Below the pieces are notes generated by a model that was given only the letters and a program-made list of their open reading frames with translations, was not told the origin of the DNA and did no database searches. Of a stretch of 64,000 nt of DNA, positions 22,785-35,100 are shown in pieces. The stretch is from the NCBI GenBank assembly GCA_964106915.2, contig OZ066916.1; one strand, written 5' to 3'. Position 1 is the stretch's first letter. Every line of letters starts with the position of its first letter. The position numbers and the translations under genes were made by a program. Source of the DNA: Podarcis gaigeae (lineage: Eukaryota).

Positions 22785-25736
22785 ATCTAGGGAAAATCTA
22801 GGGTTGGGTACCATAATGTCCTCAGATAATGTCTTCTTGGAGCCTGCCAAAGTTCCCTGTAACTTACAATTTTTACTTTTAGGATTGGGCCTTTTTTTTG
22901 GCATTTTTCTTTGGTTGGATGGGTTTGCCTGTTTGGAGGTAGAGTAGCTTTATTTTTCTTTTTGCCTATACTTTATTTGGTTTTGGGGAGTTGTAGTTGT
23001 TTTGCCTGTTAAAAGGGGGTTCTGAGCATGAGCAGTTCTTGTTTGTGAAATTCGTATATTGCGGTGCCAAATGAGAGTTCCTTAGATTTCCAACTGTGAT
23101 CCTGGGCCTTGAAATACTGTGTAAATAAACTTGCTTTTCCTAAGAGTTAGAAGTAAAAAAAGGTCTCCTATTTCTAGCTCAGACTGGTTAACCTGAATAA
23201 AAGATCCATGCTGTTTAAATAAGCTCTTACATTGATAGCTTCATAAATTATCACTTTGCTGAATAGAGATGTTAATATGTTCAAACAAGATGTTGTTCTT
23301 GAGGCAAAAGCAAACTGAAGTGGCCTTGGACTTAAAATACATTTTAAAGAAATGTTTATACTGTCACTTGTCAGTGGCAGATGTACAGTTTTCTTAAGCT
23401 TCCTTCTGTAACTAAGGCCACTTTACATAAACAATTGCCCCGCCGGGTTTCTTGAAAGGCCCAAAATAGCTATTGGACTGTCTATTGGTGGCTTGTAAAT
23501 GCTTTGTGCAGTTTTTATTTTGTTAGTCTGCTGATGGAAAGGCAGGCTGTTCAATAATATGCAGTGTGAGCTGTTGCACACAAATGGCTTGGCACATGGA
23601 ATAGCTAGCACATGGAATAGCTGCTACATTGACACCTTCTCAAGTGGCTTCTGTGTGGCTGTCACCTTTAGCAAAGTAGGGGACACTGAAGGCCTGTGCA
23701 GAGAGCGGGAGTAGCTGGGTACACTTGCCTCGGGACCTGAAGGGCTAAGTTGGTCAGGGGCCCCAGCCAGGGTCTGGCTGCTTTTGGGTTTGAGTTTATA
23801 TGTGGCAACCATTTGTGTGGGGGTTCCGTTCCTGGCCCCTCACATTGATGGAGTGTGCATAAGTCTGTCCTGCCCCTGTTTCACCCCCTTTCTGCTCTTC
23901 CGGGTCCAGAAGGACCTGCGCATTGGCAATCACACATCAGTTGGATGGGCTTGAAATGGTCACCACCTGTATAACTTTATCCTAACAAGACTCTCGCCCC
24001 AGAGCCTCAGATAAGCTTTGCAGGGATCTGGGAACATGAGTTAGTTTTTTTTCTTTCTTGTTCTAGTCTCTGACTTGCTGGACTCTTTCCCCAGAACATT
24101 TAATTTGGGGGGGGGGGGAGTATTTTTTTTAGTAGTGGTAGGTATAGTCAAAGAAGTGATGTACCACCCATTAATTTTTCCCAACTGTGCAGATACTTTG
24201 AAAAGAAACTTGGATTAGGACAATAATTTTACCACTGTGTTGCATCCATTTTATATAGATCCTAGTCACAGAATATTGCAGCACCTCTTTTATAATTCGC
24301 ATGTGACTGTAAGCAATTCTACCTCTTTGTATCAATAACAAAAATCCTCTGAGCATGTGTTACCTTTCTGATCCGTGTAGTAATGGATGGCTGTGAATGT
24401 TTTATCAGAATACTCAATATGCCTTGGTGCATCCTCTTCCCCCAGCCCCACCCTGTCTGTATGTTTCTCAAGCCATGTGTATTCTGTCATTTTAAGGAGG
24501 AGGGAAGAACTGTTTTCGACATGTACATCCCTTCCTGATTTGACAGGTCTAAGAGGAAAATCTCTCTCTACTGCAGCTAGTGGAGTAACAGTTGACCAGC
24601 TCCATTGAATGTGACAGTGAATGAATGGAAAGAGAAATGTGAGAGTAGAAAAAAGAAGGTGACAGCATCATAATGCAGGAGATACTTGTGAGAGAATATT
24701 AGGTCTATCAGTATATTGTGCGGTGTCAAGGGCACAGAAAAAGCTATTGACTCTTGTACAGATCCTGTTAACTAGCTTTTTTTGCTCATTTTTAGAACAT
24801 CCTTGGTTGAAATTTAATTTGCTAGGTTCACATAAAAGCTTTCTCCCCTCCCCCCCACTGCCATCCTTCCATACCATGTAAGTGTACAGAAATGTATTTC
24901 CGTTGTATAGTTTTCTCCATGGTTTGTAGAAGGCTTTTAAGAAACCTGTCCCATCTTCTCTATAGGAGATAACAGTAATTCTTCCAGACCCACTTCCTAA
25001 TTTTTCTATGCTAAAATTGTAGACATAGTCGTAGGCTGACAATTACTTTGCCTTTAGAGCATGCTTCCAGGTTGCTTCTGACATTATGTGTATTTTTTTC
25101 TCATTAGAGCAGTAAATGTGACAGTTACTCATAGCACACAGTGGAGAAATCAAGAGGTTTGTCACAGTTGAAATTTGGCAGCAGCATACCGTTATCTATC
25201 TACTCCAAAAGTAGAAGCAAAGTTAGGCTCTATTGTATAAAATGATTTTTGTCCTTAAGTTGTTGTTTTTTTAAGTGGTCCTGCAGAAGGGGATGTTCAG
25301 GGGTAGGTGGATAGTTGAGTTTATTAAAGTGTCATGTGTCCAGTTCTGCTGGGACTTGAGACATACAGGGGAAATGGAAGGAAGAAGCAGGTGAGGAGCC
25401 ATAAGCCCTGCTGGCTGAGCTTTGAAAGATGTCATAGCAAAGAGCTGGGGCCACCTGAGGCCTTATGTGGTCTGCCAAGGCATACCTTGCCATTGGTTCC
25501 TCAGAAGGTAGCTTTGGTGCCTTGAAGTGCCCATATTTGCAGATGCTTCTGCGCGTGCTGATTTCTGCACTGAAAGGGATGGAGATGTTATTGGGTATGT
25601 TGTGCTCTGTCTGAGAAAGGCTGGAGACTGATGTGCTCAGATCAGGAGGGCCCAGGGTGGGGGAGAGTGCTGAGTACCCCCTGTAGAATGTAATGGCTTG
25701 TACCACACAAGCTCATAAAACTAGCAGTGAAACTAT

Positions 25737-25738
<2 letters not shown>

Positions 25739-25777
<39 letters not shown>
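25739..25777. repeat. (TG)n microsatellite
   Basis: Direct. Confidence 0.98.
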
Positions 25778-25778
<1 letters not shown>

Positions 25779-26399
25779 TTTTCGTGCCCCACACCTGATG
25801 CTATGTATGGTGTTACGTGTAGGGCACATGGGCATGGTTTGAGCAAAATTGTCTTGCAAATCAAACGTGGCTGGCAAGCCTAATTAGGCCTGTGGGCATG
25901 GGGTTCCTCACTGCTGGTTTAATTCCTTCCACTGAGAGCCCTCTAATCAGAAGCCACTCTCCTGACATCAGAAGGACATCTTCAGAAGGTGTTAATCAGT
26001 GTGCAGCTTGTGTGAAGAATGCTGCCCTTTAGATACCTAGGCTGTTCAGGGATTTTTCTCCCAAACTCAGCACCCTGAATAAAGGTCAAAGACCATCCTT
26101 TGTACTGAGTAATAAGATCAGTTTCAATTAATAAACTGGCTTGCACATTCTTCACCAGTTGAAACTTCAATATGTACATTTCCCAAGGCAGCACTGCCTG
26201 GCATAATGCATATTGTAGTAATTAAGCTTGGATGTTAATAGCATAGATTACTAGAGTCACTTTATCTGCTTCCAATAAGGGATGTAGCTGGTGGATGAGA
26301 AGCACTTGATGCCACCAGTGATTCTCTAGCAATGATGGATCTAGAAGTACCCTCAAGATACCTTGATCAGGAGATACAAACCCATATTAAAATAGGCTG

Positions 26400-26975
26400 C
26401 AAGGATACTTGTCGCCAAACACTGGAAAACCCAAGATTTACCCACGCTGGAAGAATGGCAGATGCAACTGATAGACTATATGGAACTAGCAGAAATGACT
26501 GGCAGAATCCGAGACCTGGGAGAGGAAGCAGTGGAAGAGGATTGGAAGAAATTTAAGGACTATTTACAAAAACATTGCAAACTATATGAGTGCTAAGAAG
26601 GGTGTGAGATTGAAAATAACATGGCACCATTAAGTTAGTTGAAAAGAATATGAGAATGAGTGAATTTTAAGAGAAAGCTAAATTTTGAATAAATATTATG
26701 TTTAAATTAGGTATTTAAGATTTAGATAAAAGTATTCAAAGTTAGGGACACAATATTGGAAATTGATAGATTAAGAATGGAAATAAGGTGATAAATTGCT
26801 GGTTAAAGTTGTATAAATTTGGAACGCAGGAGCGAGAGATGTGAGGAAGTCCAAAATGCGAAGAAAATATGATTATTACAAGTTGCTAATTTTGTATTTG
26901 TTTATTTTATGGTTTTGTTTTTTGTTTTTTGTTTTATCGTATTAATAAAGCCTTTAATAATTTTTTTTTAAAAAA
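26400..26975 (+). mobile_element. 5'-truncated L1-clade LINE (ORF2 C-terminus, 3' UTR, A tail)
   Basis: Open frame ARILVAKHWKTQDLPTLEEWQMQLIDYMELAEMTGRIRDLGEEAVEEDWKKFKDYLQKHCKLYEC* (stop 26594-26596) resembles the non-mammalian L1 ORF2 end. AATAAA at 26944. TSD TA(A/G)AATAGGCTG at 26388 and 26976. Confidence 0.8.
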
Positions 26976-29482
26976 TAGAATAGGCTGAATGTTTGTTGGT
27001 TTGATAAGTCATCAACCAGCATCACCTTTGCCTTATCTGAATTGAGCTTCAGTCAGTTTGCTTTCATCCACCCCGGTACTGACTCCAAGCATTTTCAACT
27101 AATAAGATAGGCAAAATAAGGAAGAGGAAGTAGAATATGTTTCACTTTGTTATTTTTATTTAAGACCGGCACACACAGAATGCCTATTTCAACAGCCAAT
27201 CAGCATCTATTTCGATCTCAAGCCATATTCTTATTGTTTCTGGTTCTAATTCTGATACAGTAGACAATAAGCCATGAAAACTTAACAAATCATCCCTTTG
27301 CAAAGCCAGTGTATCGTTGATTACTGGATGCTGAGGAGAAACAGGGTTTCACTAGCATGCCTCACTCAAAAGCTTTCCAGAGGCATCTGGCCGACTACTG
27401 TTATAGGCAGAATGCTTAATGGTTGGTATCGCATGCCCATTGTTAAGTTAATGGAATATAAATTTTTAGACAACAAGCATCTTAATTGTCATATGATACA
27501 TCTTAGGCCAAAACTTTATTTGATTTCCCAGAGTTTTACTGTAAGTGTTTGTCTCAGTGGAAGCACTGATAACGTTTTTTTAGCTCCTGATATTTCCCAT
27601 TATCTCATTTTTTAAAACTTTCAAATTGAGGTTAGGCAGCTGTTTATGATGCTGTCCCCCAAACTGAAGACTGCTGTCTAGAGAACTTCCAGTACATGTC
27701 CTGGAGGATCTAGCAATTTTCTTCTAACAATTCACCCCACAGCTCATTCAAAAACGTTTTTAATATCTCCTCCCCCCGCCAACTTTTTTATTTTAAAACC
27801 ACCTTGTTATGCTCCACACTCGGCTCCAGAGACTCAGAAGTCCTGTGTGTTTCACTGTGCATGCATATGTGCATCCACCTGGTCAGCTTCCCCTCCCCCA
27901 GGTTATATTTTGTCTTCCAAGTGGGCAGAGGAGAGGGAGGAGCCATGGCACCTCTTTTCAGCTTGCTCTTTAAAAGTCTTGCACTTCAGGTCAGTGTTCC
28001 CATTGTAGAACACTCACATGTCTGCATGGCTCTCTGATAAAACTAGTGTTGTCAGGATTGTCCTTGATATGCACTGCATACTTAGCATTCATTGAAGTAC
28101 TGTGTTGATAAAGTAGGAAATCTTAAAAAAAAAAAGGTATGGCCATCTACCATACAAGGATGACAGCACATGAAATCTGTAAGGTTGGATCTAATTGATT
28201 TTAAAGTCATTTGCTTATATAGTTATACATAGTTTGCATAGTTAATAAGCTGCTGTTTTCTAAAAGGCAAGCACTTATAACTGTCAGAAATCTGTTGAAA
28301 TTAGTTGGCAATGGAGAGTTAAATACAGGCTTGGTGAACCGTGTTCTTGCATCCTTAATTGACCTGCATGGTGTGTTTAATGAGCTGTATGTGAAAACAC
28401 TTTTTTTTGTAAAAAAATAATAATGAAAAAAGAATAGGGTTACTAAAAAAAACAATGCCCTTGCATACTTTCTCTCTCAGGATGTATACAGCTACTTTTT
28501 GAAAGTGATTCTGGATCCCTTGGTAATCCATTAGCCATTCAACTACTGTCCTCAGTGCTGTGAAGCTCTGAAGTTTCTTGCGAATGTGGCATGTATGAGC
28601 TTCATATTTTATCAGCAGAAATTTGAAACATATCATGCCCTAGAGAAAGGTCAACTTAATCCTTTTGTATTGTGAGTAGTAAGTAATTTATATTTTCTTC
28701 CACTAGAAAAGCAGTTTAATGGCCCTTTAGGTAATGTTTAATAACTGAGAATGCAAGTTAAATTGACCAGCTGCTACATCTCTGCCCTCTTTGTAATGAC
28801 ATGTGAGACTGTGAGAAATTTCACACTCATTTTGTTTGATTATTCTAATTGTTTCTTTTAAATGCAAAGCATGAAAGAGTTCCCACAACTGAGAATAACC
28901 TCTCTAAATCAAATGTAAATCCTATGGTGTATGGAAACTTGCTAATGTTCAGGATGCTTAGACTGTATTTTAGTGGACCGGTTAAGGAGGGATGTATTCA
29001 GAATTCCCCTGTGCTTGGATGAAATCTGTGATACATAGAAGAGCACCTAGTGCTTCTCTGTATTCCAAAAGAAACTTACCCAGGTTGCTTGTTCAATGAA
29101 GTGGCACAGCATATTTTGCTATGTTGAATTTTTTCTTCTTCTCCAGTGCATGTTTATATTGCTTAAGATGCTTGCAGGCAGCTGCATCACTAAGAAGTTG
29201 CCCATTCCAATCACTCTCTACAGACAGAATCAGGTTCAGACATGGGAACAGTTTGATTTTTGTGGGGGTTGAATGCCTGAAAAGCCGTGTTACAGTTCCA
29301 CCAATAAAGAACAACTTTTATTTGTTAATTAGGGCGACAGAAAGGCAGCTATTGAGAGAATGGTTTCTTGCTTTTGCCACAGATATGGGCGACTTGCTTA
29401 CATTACTAACTTACTTACTAACTAACTTATTTATTACCAGCCTCCCCTGCCCCTAATGACCTTCTACTAGGGAAAATATGTA

Positions 29483-29698
29483 CAGTGGTACCTTGGGTTA
29501 CATACGCTTCAGGTTGCAGATGCTTCAGGTTACAGACTCCACTAGCCCAGAAACAGTACCTTGGGTTAAGAACTTTGCTTCAGGATGAGAACAGAAATCG
29601 TGCTACAGCGGCAGCGGGAGGCCCCATTAGCTAAAGTGGTCTTCAGGTTAAGAACAGACCTCTGGAACAAATTAAGTTCTTAACACGAAGTACTGCTG
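29483..29698 (+). mobile_element. Tc1/mariner MITE, family A
   Basis: Homologous to 13746-13970. TA flanks. Right TIR degenerate. Confidence 0.88.
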
Positions 29699-30569
29699 TA
29701 TATGTTTCATTTGTTGTTATGATTTAGCAGTGTCTTAAAATTGGGGGGGCTGCTCCTTTGTTAGGAGGCTTCTAGTTGTCCTATATCTATTTAATGTTAT
29801 TTATCATTGCTCAAAATATGAAGAAATCAAGATGTTCCTATCAAACTGTGTGTTTTTCTAGTTCGGTTGGATGTATAATTCTCAGCTCCTGTTATTCCCA
29901 AACTGCTCACTGCATTTCCTCATGAGGCAGTGCTCTGACTTTGCCTTCTTCTAATCCAGGATAGATATACCCAGAAAAGAAACTCTCACAGAAAATGTGG
30001 GGGAGCTTATGTGTGGTTAACTATGCTGCATGCTAGTTTTAGCTCACATTCCATTTCGGCCAGATCCTTGTAGCTGGTGCTACAAGGACAGCTAGAGCTC
30101 TTCTGTCATGGCATGTAGACTGAAGGAGGTCATATTGGGTAAATATCAAGGCAAAAGGAGAAGGAGAGAACACGTTAGCATTGTTTCTGTCCTGTCCAGT
30201 CAACCACAATCTCATACCACTGCAGAGCCCTAGAATTCTGTTTACCAAGCAGTTTTCATCAGTATTTCATCCTTGCTTTTGACCCTTTGTACACTCACAA
30301 TCAAGTGCCTACTTTAGAATGATCATATATGTAAAAGAAAACCTGTTAGAAGAAATTAGTACATTTCTTAATAGAGAACATTTTTATCATTATGTCTCAG
30401 TTATGTAAGTTCCACATAAGTTTCAGGTACCACCATTACTGCTCATTGGGGCCAGATTAAAAGTGTTCTGATTTCCTGTACATTTTATGATAAACTTTAT
30501 TAATCCACTGAATATCTCTAATATTTTATAAGTTTAGATTTTTAGGGTATATATAGTTTTGACTGCTGT

Positions 30570-30574
<5 letters not shown>

Positions 30575-30628
<54 letters not shown>

Positions 30629-30643
30629 GGAGAGAGAGAGAGA
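30575..30643. repeat. Compound microsatellite (TC)n(AC)n(GA)n
   Basis: Direct. Confidence 0.97.
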
Positions 30644-30776
30644 TTTCAATCATTAGCTCCATTAAATACTTACTTTGGTAGAAAGATAAGTTTTTGTAAA
30701 ATGCACACTTTTAGTATGTGTTGGCATACGGGATATCAACAATTTTAAGTCATAAAATATCTGCTAGGTATTAAAC

Positions 30777-30906
30777 CAGCCTTCCCCAGACCCTTCAGAA
30801 GGTTTGAGCTACAACTCTCATCAGCCCCAGCCAACATAGCTAGTGGTCAAGAGATGGTAGGAATTGTAATCCAAAATATTTGGATCAACATAGGCTGAAA
30901 GAGGCT
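30777..30906. mobile_element. Decayed palindromic hAT-type MITE
   Basis: CTACAACTCTCATCAGCCCCAGCC...GATGGTAGGAATTGTA core shared with the family. Confidence 0.65.
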
Positions 30907-31831
30907 TATTCTACCTTTAGGATGCACCATGCTATGAGTTTGCACAGCTGGTCCTTAATCTGATTATATTTATCTGAATTGACATTGATCAAATGACAGG
31001 AATAATATGCTGTGTGATTTTCATATTTTAATGCACCAATATCTGCTGTTTTATAGGTGTTCTTCTAACCTCTCTGAAGTAAAAATTACCCATTAACAAT
31101 TAATGTTAAAACATTTTTCCCTTTTATCACAATCTAGGTCTTTTTACTGCTTACAAATGGTAAATTTGGTGCACTCCTGTCAAGTTGCACTTAATATTGG
31201 GACCTTATCATCTTTCCACTGCGAGTCTTTTGTTTAGTGCCAGAACCCCAAACTATTATTTAGTAAACCTTAAATCTGTCACACATCTGTTGATTCTGTA
31301 GCAGCAGCCTATGAAAACTTGCATCTCTGTCTTTACAGGTCCCTGTCATACTCCACAATACGTACTGACCTTTCAGATTTCATTTAAGCTCACTTTTGTG
31401 CTTGGAAATCAGATGCATAAAATTCCACTTTTTTTTTTCATTTAGCTCTGCTAGCCAGAAACACCAGTTCTTCTGTTTAGTAGAGATATTGTTAATATTC
31501 ACAGGACTATCAATAGCTAGTGGCTCTCATACTGCTTTCTGCCTTCAAACTGCAATTTGAAGGAGTCCAGTAGAACTGATGAACTGAAACGTGAAATTTT
31601 TGGTTTACAATTTTACCAGACTAAAACAAATGATATGACATGTAAAGTTAGCCAGGGCCGGTTGAAAGGGGACAGTTTGGCTGGAGCAGGCATTGATGTT
31701 GTGTGGTCACCTCCTCCCACATTCTTTTCTGGTATTAATGCATTTATTTGCACTACCCTGTTTTAACTGGGGTTTTGTTAGCTCCACTGAAGGCTGTTTT
31801 TGCAGTGGGAGGTAGGATACATAACATAAGC

Positions 31832-31832
<1 letters not shown>

Positions 31833-31871
<39 letters not shown>
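31833..31871. repeat. (TAGA)n microsatellite flanked by a 12-bp direct repeat
   Basis: ATAACATAAGCA at 31821-31832 and 31872-31883. Confidence 0.95.
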
Positions 31872-31875
<4 letters not shown>

Positions 31876-32464
31876 CATAAGCAAACAATCCTGATCTGCA
31901 TAATTTGCTTACAATATTTGAAGCCGCACTATAGCACTCTGTCACAGTCCAGGGATTGCTATGACAGATCTCTTGCAATATGTTATACTTCCAAGTGCTT
32001 TGGAATAACATTGCAGCCAACCAGGTTTCACTCTTGAGCCTTGCTTTGGATCACTGCCACTATGTCTGCCGACATCAAGGTGAATGGGAGTTCCACAAAC
32101 ATTGAGTTAAGAGAACACAAATCTACACACATCTCAGTTTGGGTGGCTTCCAGTACTTTTTCTTACTATACTTGAGAGAACACTGTTCGAGGCAGTGTTT
32201 TATGGGTGGCAAGAATGTAGCACAGTCCCAAAAACAAAGGGAGAAACTACCAAATAAATGTAGGGTTTATTCAGAAAGAAACAAAAAGAGTGTAAAAACA
32301 ACAAAAGAATATTGTGATGGCATAAGCATTCATAAATCAGTACAGTTTTATTAGACACAACAGACTCGGATAGCTATCCCAAAGGCAAAACAGTATCTTA
32401 AGTACTACAGGTTACTCTCTGCTTATACTTGTTCAAGCATGTATACGCGCGGTGCCAGGAGAGA

Positions 32465-32529
32465 ATTAAATAATTCAATTCATACTCAGAAATAATAATA
32501 ATGATAATAACAATAATAATAACAATAAC

Positions 32530-32580
<51 letters not shown>

Positions 32581-32631
32581 TTATTATTTATACCCCGTCC
32601 ATCTGGCTGGGTTTCCCCAGCCACTCTGGGG
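32465..32631 (-). mobile_element. Extremely truncated L2-like 3' end with a long (AAT)n tail
   Basis: ATACCCCGTCCATCTGGCTGGGTTTCCCCAGCCACTCTGGG terminus, shared with 38270-38403 and 54188-54236. 9-bp TSD CAGGAGAGA (32456-32464 and 32632-32640). Confidence 0.8.
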
Positions 32632-33690
32632 CAGGAGAGAGCTGCAGAGTCCTTGTGGCTCGTGAGGAGACCCTCCCTGGAGCCTAAAGAGGATGTCAGT
32701 AAGGGCGGAGGAAGCCCCAAAGAGACTGGAGGCACAGCGGGGTTTTGTTTAGGCTGCTCAGCCTCTCCGCGTAACAGCTGGCACGCGGAGTAGCGGAGTA
32801 TCTGCCACTTTTTTGAACGTCCTCCAGCCTCCTGCTGACCCCAGAGCTTCAGTTCTAGTAGTGGATATTTTTGGATACAGTGAGAGTGGCACAGAGGGCT
32901 TTTAAAGGGTGTTTAGAGCTATGATTTTTGTTCTTCTAGTGACTAGCTGTGCATATAGCTGTATTGGGCATCACCCAAGGATTGGGGAGGAGTGGGGCAT
33001 CACCACATACTTCATCAACCTCCAAAGCCTCTAGAACCAGAACATTGATTTGGCACTGACTGAATCTCAATTAGGCTGCATGGCAAATGGAACAAAGGAC
33101 ACTGAATTTTGCATGGATACAGAATATGCCAATTCCCATGCAGCATAGTACCTTCCTGCCCAACAGTCTTGGCTAATTGTTTCTTGAACTTGTGTTTTTG
33201 TGCAGGCATATTCCTAATGTAAATTGGAAGTGCCGTCTCTTTTATGCAGATGATGGGTTTTATAAACTTACTTGCCTTGTAGGAGGTTTGACTCACTGCA
33301 TTATTTAACAAGATAGAACTCTCTGTTTAAATACCAAGTAGTTAGTACTATATAGTTTTGCATGCATTACATCCCAAACTTAAGCTTAATTTTAGTTCTC
33401 AGAATTGATTAACCAAGGAGGAAAACAAAAGGCTTATGCATGAAAGCATCTATGCAGAAGGAAACAGGACAAGTGAAGAATTAAGCTCCGTTTCCTGTTT
33501 GTCATTCAGTTAGTCTGGCTGCATTTCCATTACAGCTACTTCAGCTGGTATTTCTAGCTGGTTATTAGTGTGCCCAGCGAGCCATGGTTTGCTGGAGAAG
33601 CTCAGAGTTTTCAAAAATAGTGCCTGAAACCTTGATCATCTTAGTTTTGCTGAACTGGTGCTCCTGATTCTTAAAACACTTTAAGATATC

Positions 33691-33737
<47 letters not shown>
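33691..33737. repeat. (TAT)n microsatellite
   Basis: Direct. Confidence 0.98.
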
Positions 33738-33738
<1 letters not shown>

Positions 33739-34664
33739 ATGCAGAGCTTCAAAATAAAAGCATTCAGGAAAAGTATACAGTAATAATTTTCTGTCATCTC
33801 TTTGTGGAAGAAATTCTGGTAGAAGAAATAAATACATACCTCTGTCTTCCTTCCAGCTTTATGTGAAGAAGAAAGATGGGAATTAAATGATCTGAGACGG
33901 TTTCAATTTATTTCCATTTGTTTATTGCCCACACTTCTCCAGGGCTTTACATTCTAAGATTTCTTATATTATCACTTTATAGTTAGGTACCTGGATGCTT
34001 TTCCATATTGGCTGAAAGGTAAGGTGAGATGTGTATCAAAGCATGACCTCTAATTCCGAAGGTTCTCAAATTGAGCTACACTGAGATGCTCTGCAGAAAG
34101 GTTGCAGTACAATTGATAATATCTGCTGGGCTTTGCATTTGATTTATTTTTTCTGTTTGAAAAATATTTGAGTTTGTTTGTTTGTTTTTTGTATCCACCC
34201 CCCCCAAAAAAAAAAACTAGATTGTGTAATAGGCTAGCAACACCCTGGTTTCAGGCCTGCGGCTTTCACCGTATGTAGCTGGTGCAGTTTGCTGATTTTT
34301 CCCTAAAAAGTTTCTTATGGAGGGGCCTTTCTCAACAGCTTAGCCTAGGGTCTGTGACTTTTATACCATGGTGCTGTTTCATCAGCGAAGTTTATGGAAT
34401 ATTTCTCTCTTTCCTTATATTTAAACCCCTCATTGGGATTGAAAATATTCAGTTCAATTCAATTTGCCATATAAATTTAAATGTTGTAAATAAAAATGAA
34501 TAAATAAAACTACAGAAGTGCGCCCAGCTCGTTAGAAAGCTAACACTGCAGCTACTAGAATGAGTTATGTACGTACATAGATTTGTGGAACCAAAACTAA
34601 TGCATGGGGGGAGAGTTTTGAGAATAGCCACTTACCCATGATTACTTAACGTTTGCCTTTCAGG

Positions 34665-35100
34665 CGTATTTCATAATGTTGGTTGGCCCCCACCTGTCTC
34701 AAGAGACAGTGGAGTGTGCCTCTGGGGGTAAAGTCAAACTGCTACATTGGTAGCACCAATATGACCTCCCCAGGGTGAAAGCCTGAGCAGTGTGCGTGGA
34801 GGTTCTAGGCTGCCCAGACGACAAGACCCCACACTTGGCCCTGCTAATGGAGTGCAAAGAAAAGCAGAGCAATACGTTTGGCACCACCTTGGCTGCAGGT
34901 GTTGCTTGAAGGAGAAATACAAGGTGCCATCAAACCATCTTAGGGACTCCCCTTTGGATTTATGTAGGATTTACTCCTTAAGCTTTTATTCCCCCAGAGA
35001 TATCCCGCAAGGCATCAGAGGTCTAGCACCAGAGTTTTCTTTCTCCTAGATGGGCTACCTTCCCAGGTTGACAGGCCCTGTCTGCCCCTCACTTCCCTCT
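34665..35100. mobile_element. Interspersed repeat, possibly related to an RTE-clade LINE/SINE 5' region (family uncertain)
   Basis: GC-shifted block with motifs (CAATACGTTTGGCACCACCTTGGCTGCAGG, TGGGCTACCTTCCCAGGTTGAC) that I recall as a lizard repeat. Not verified. Confidence 0.4.
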
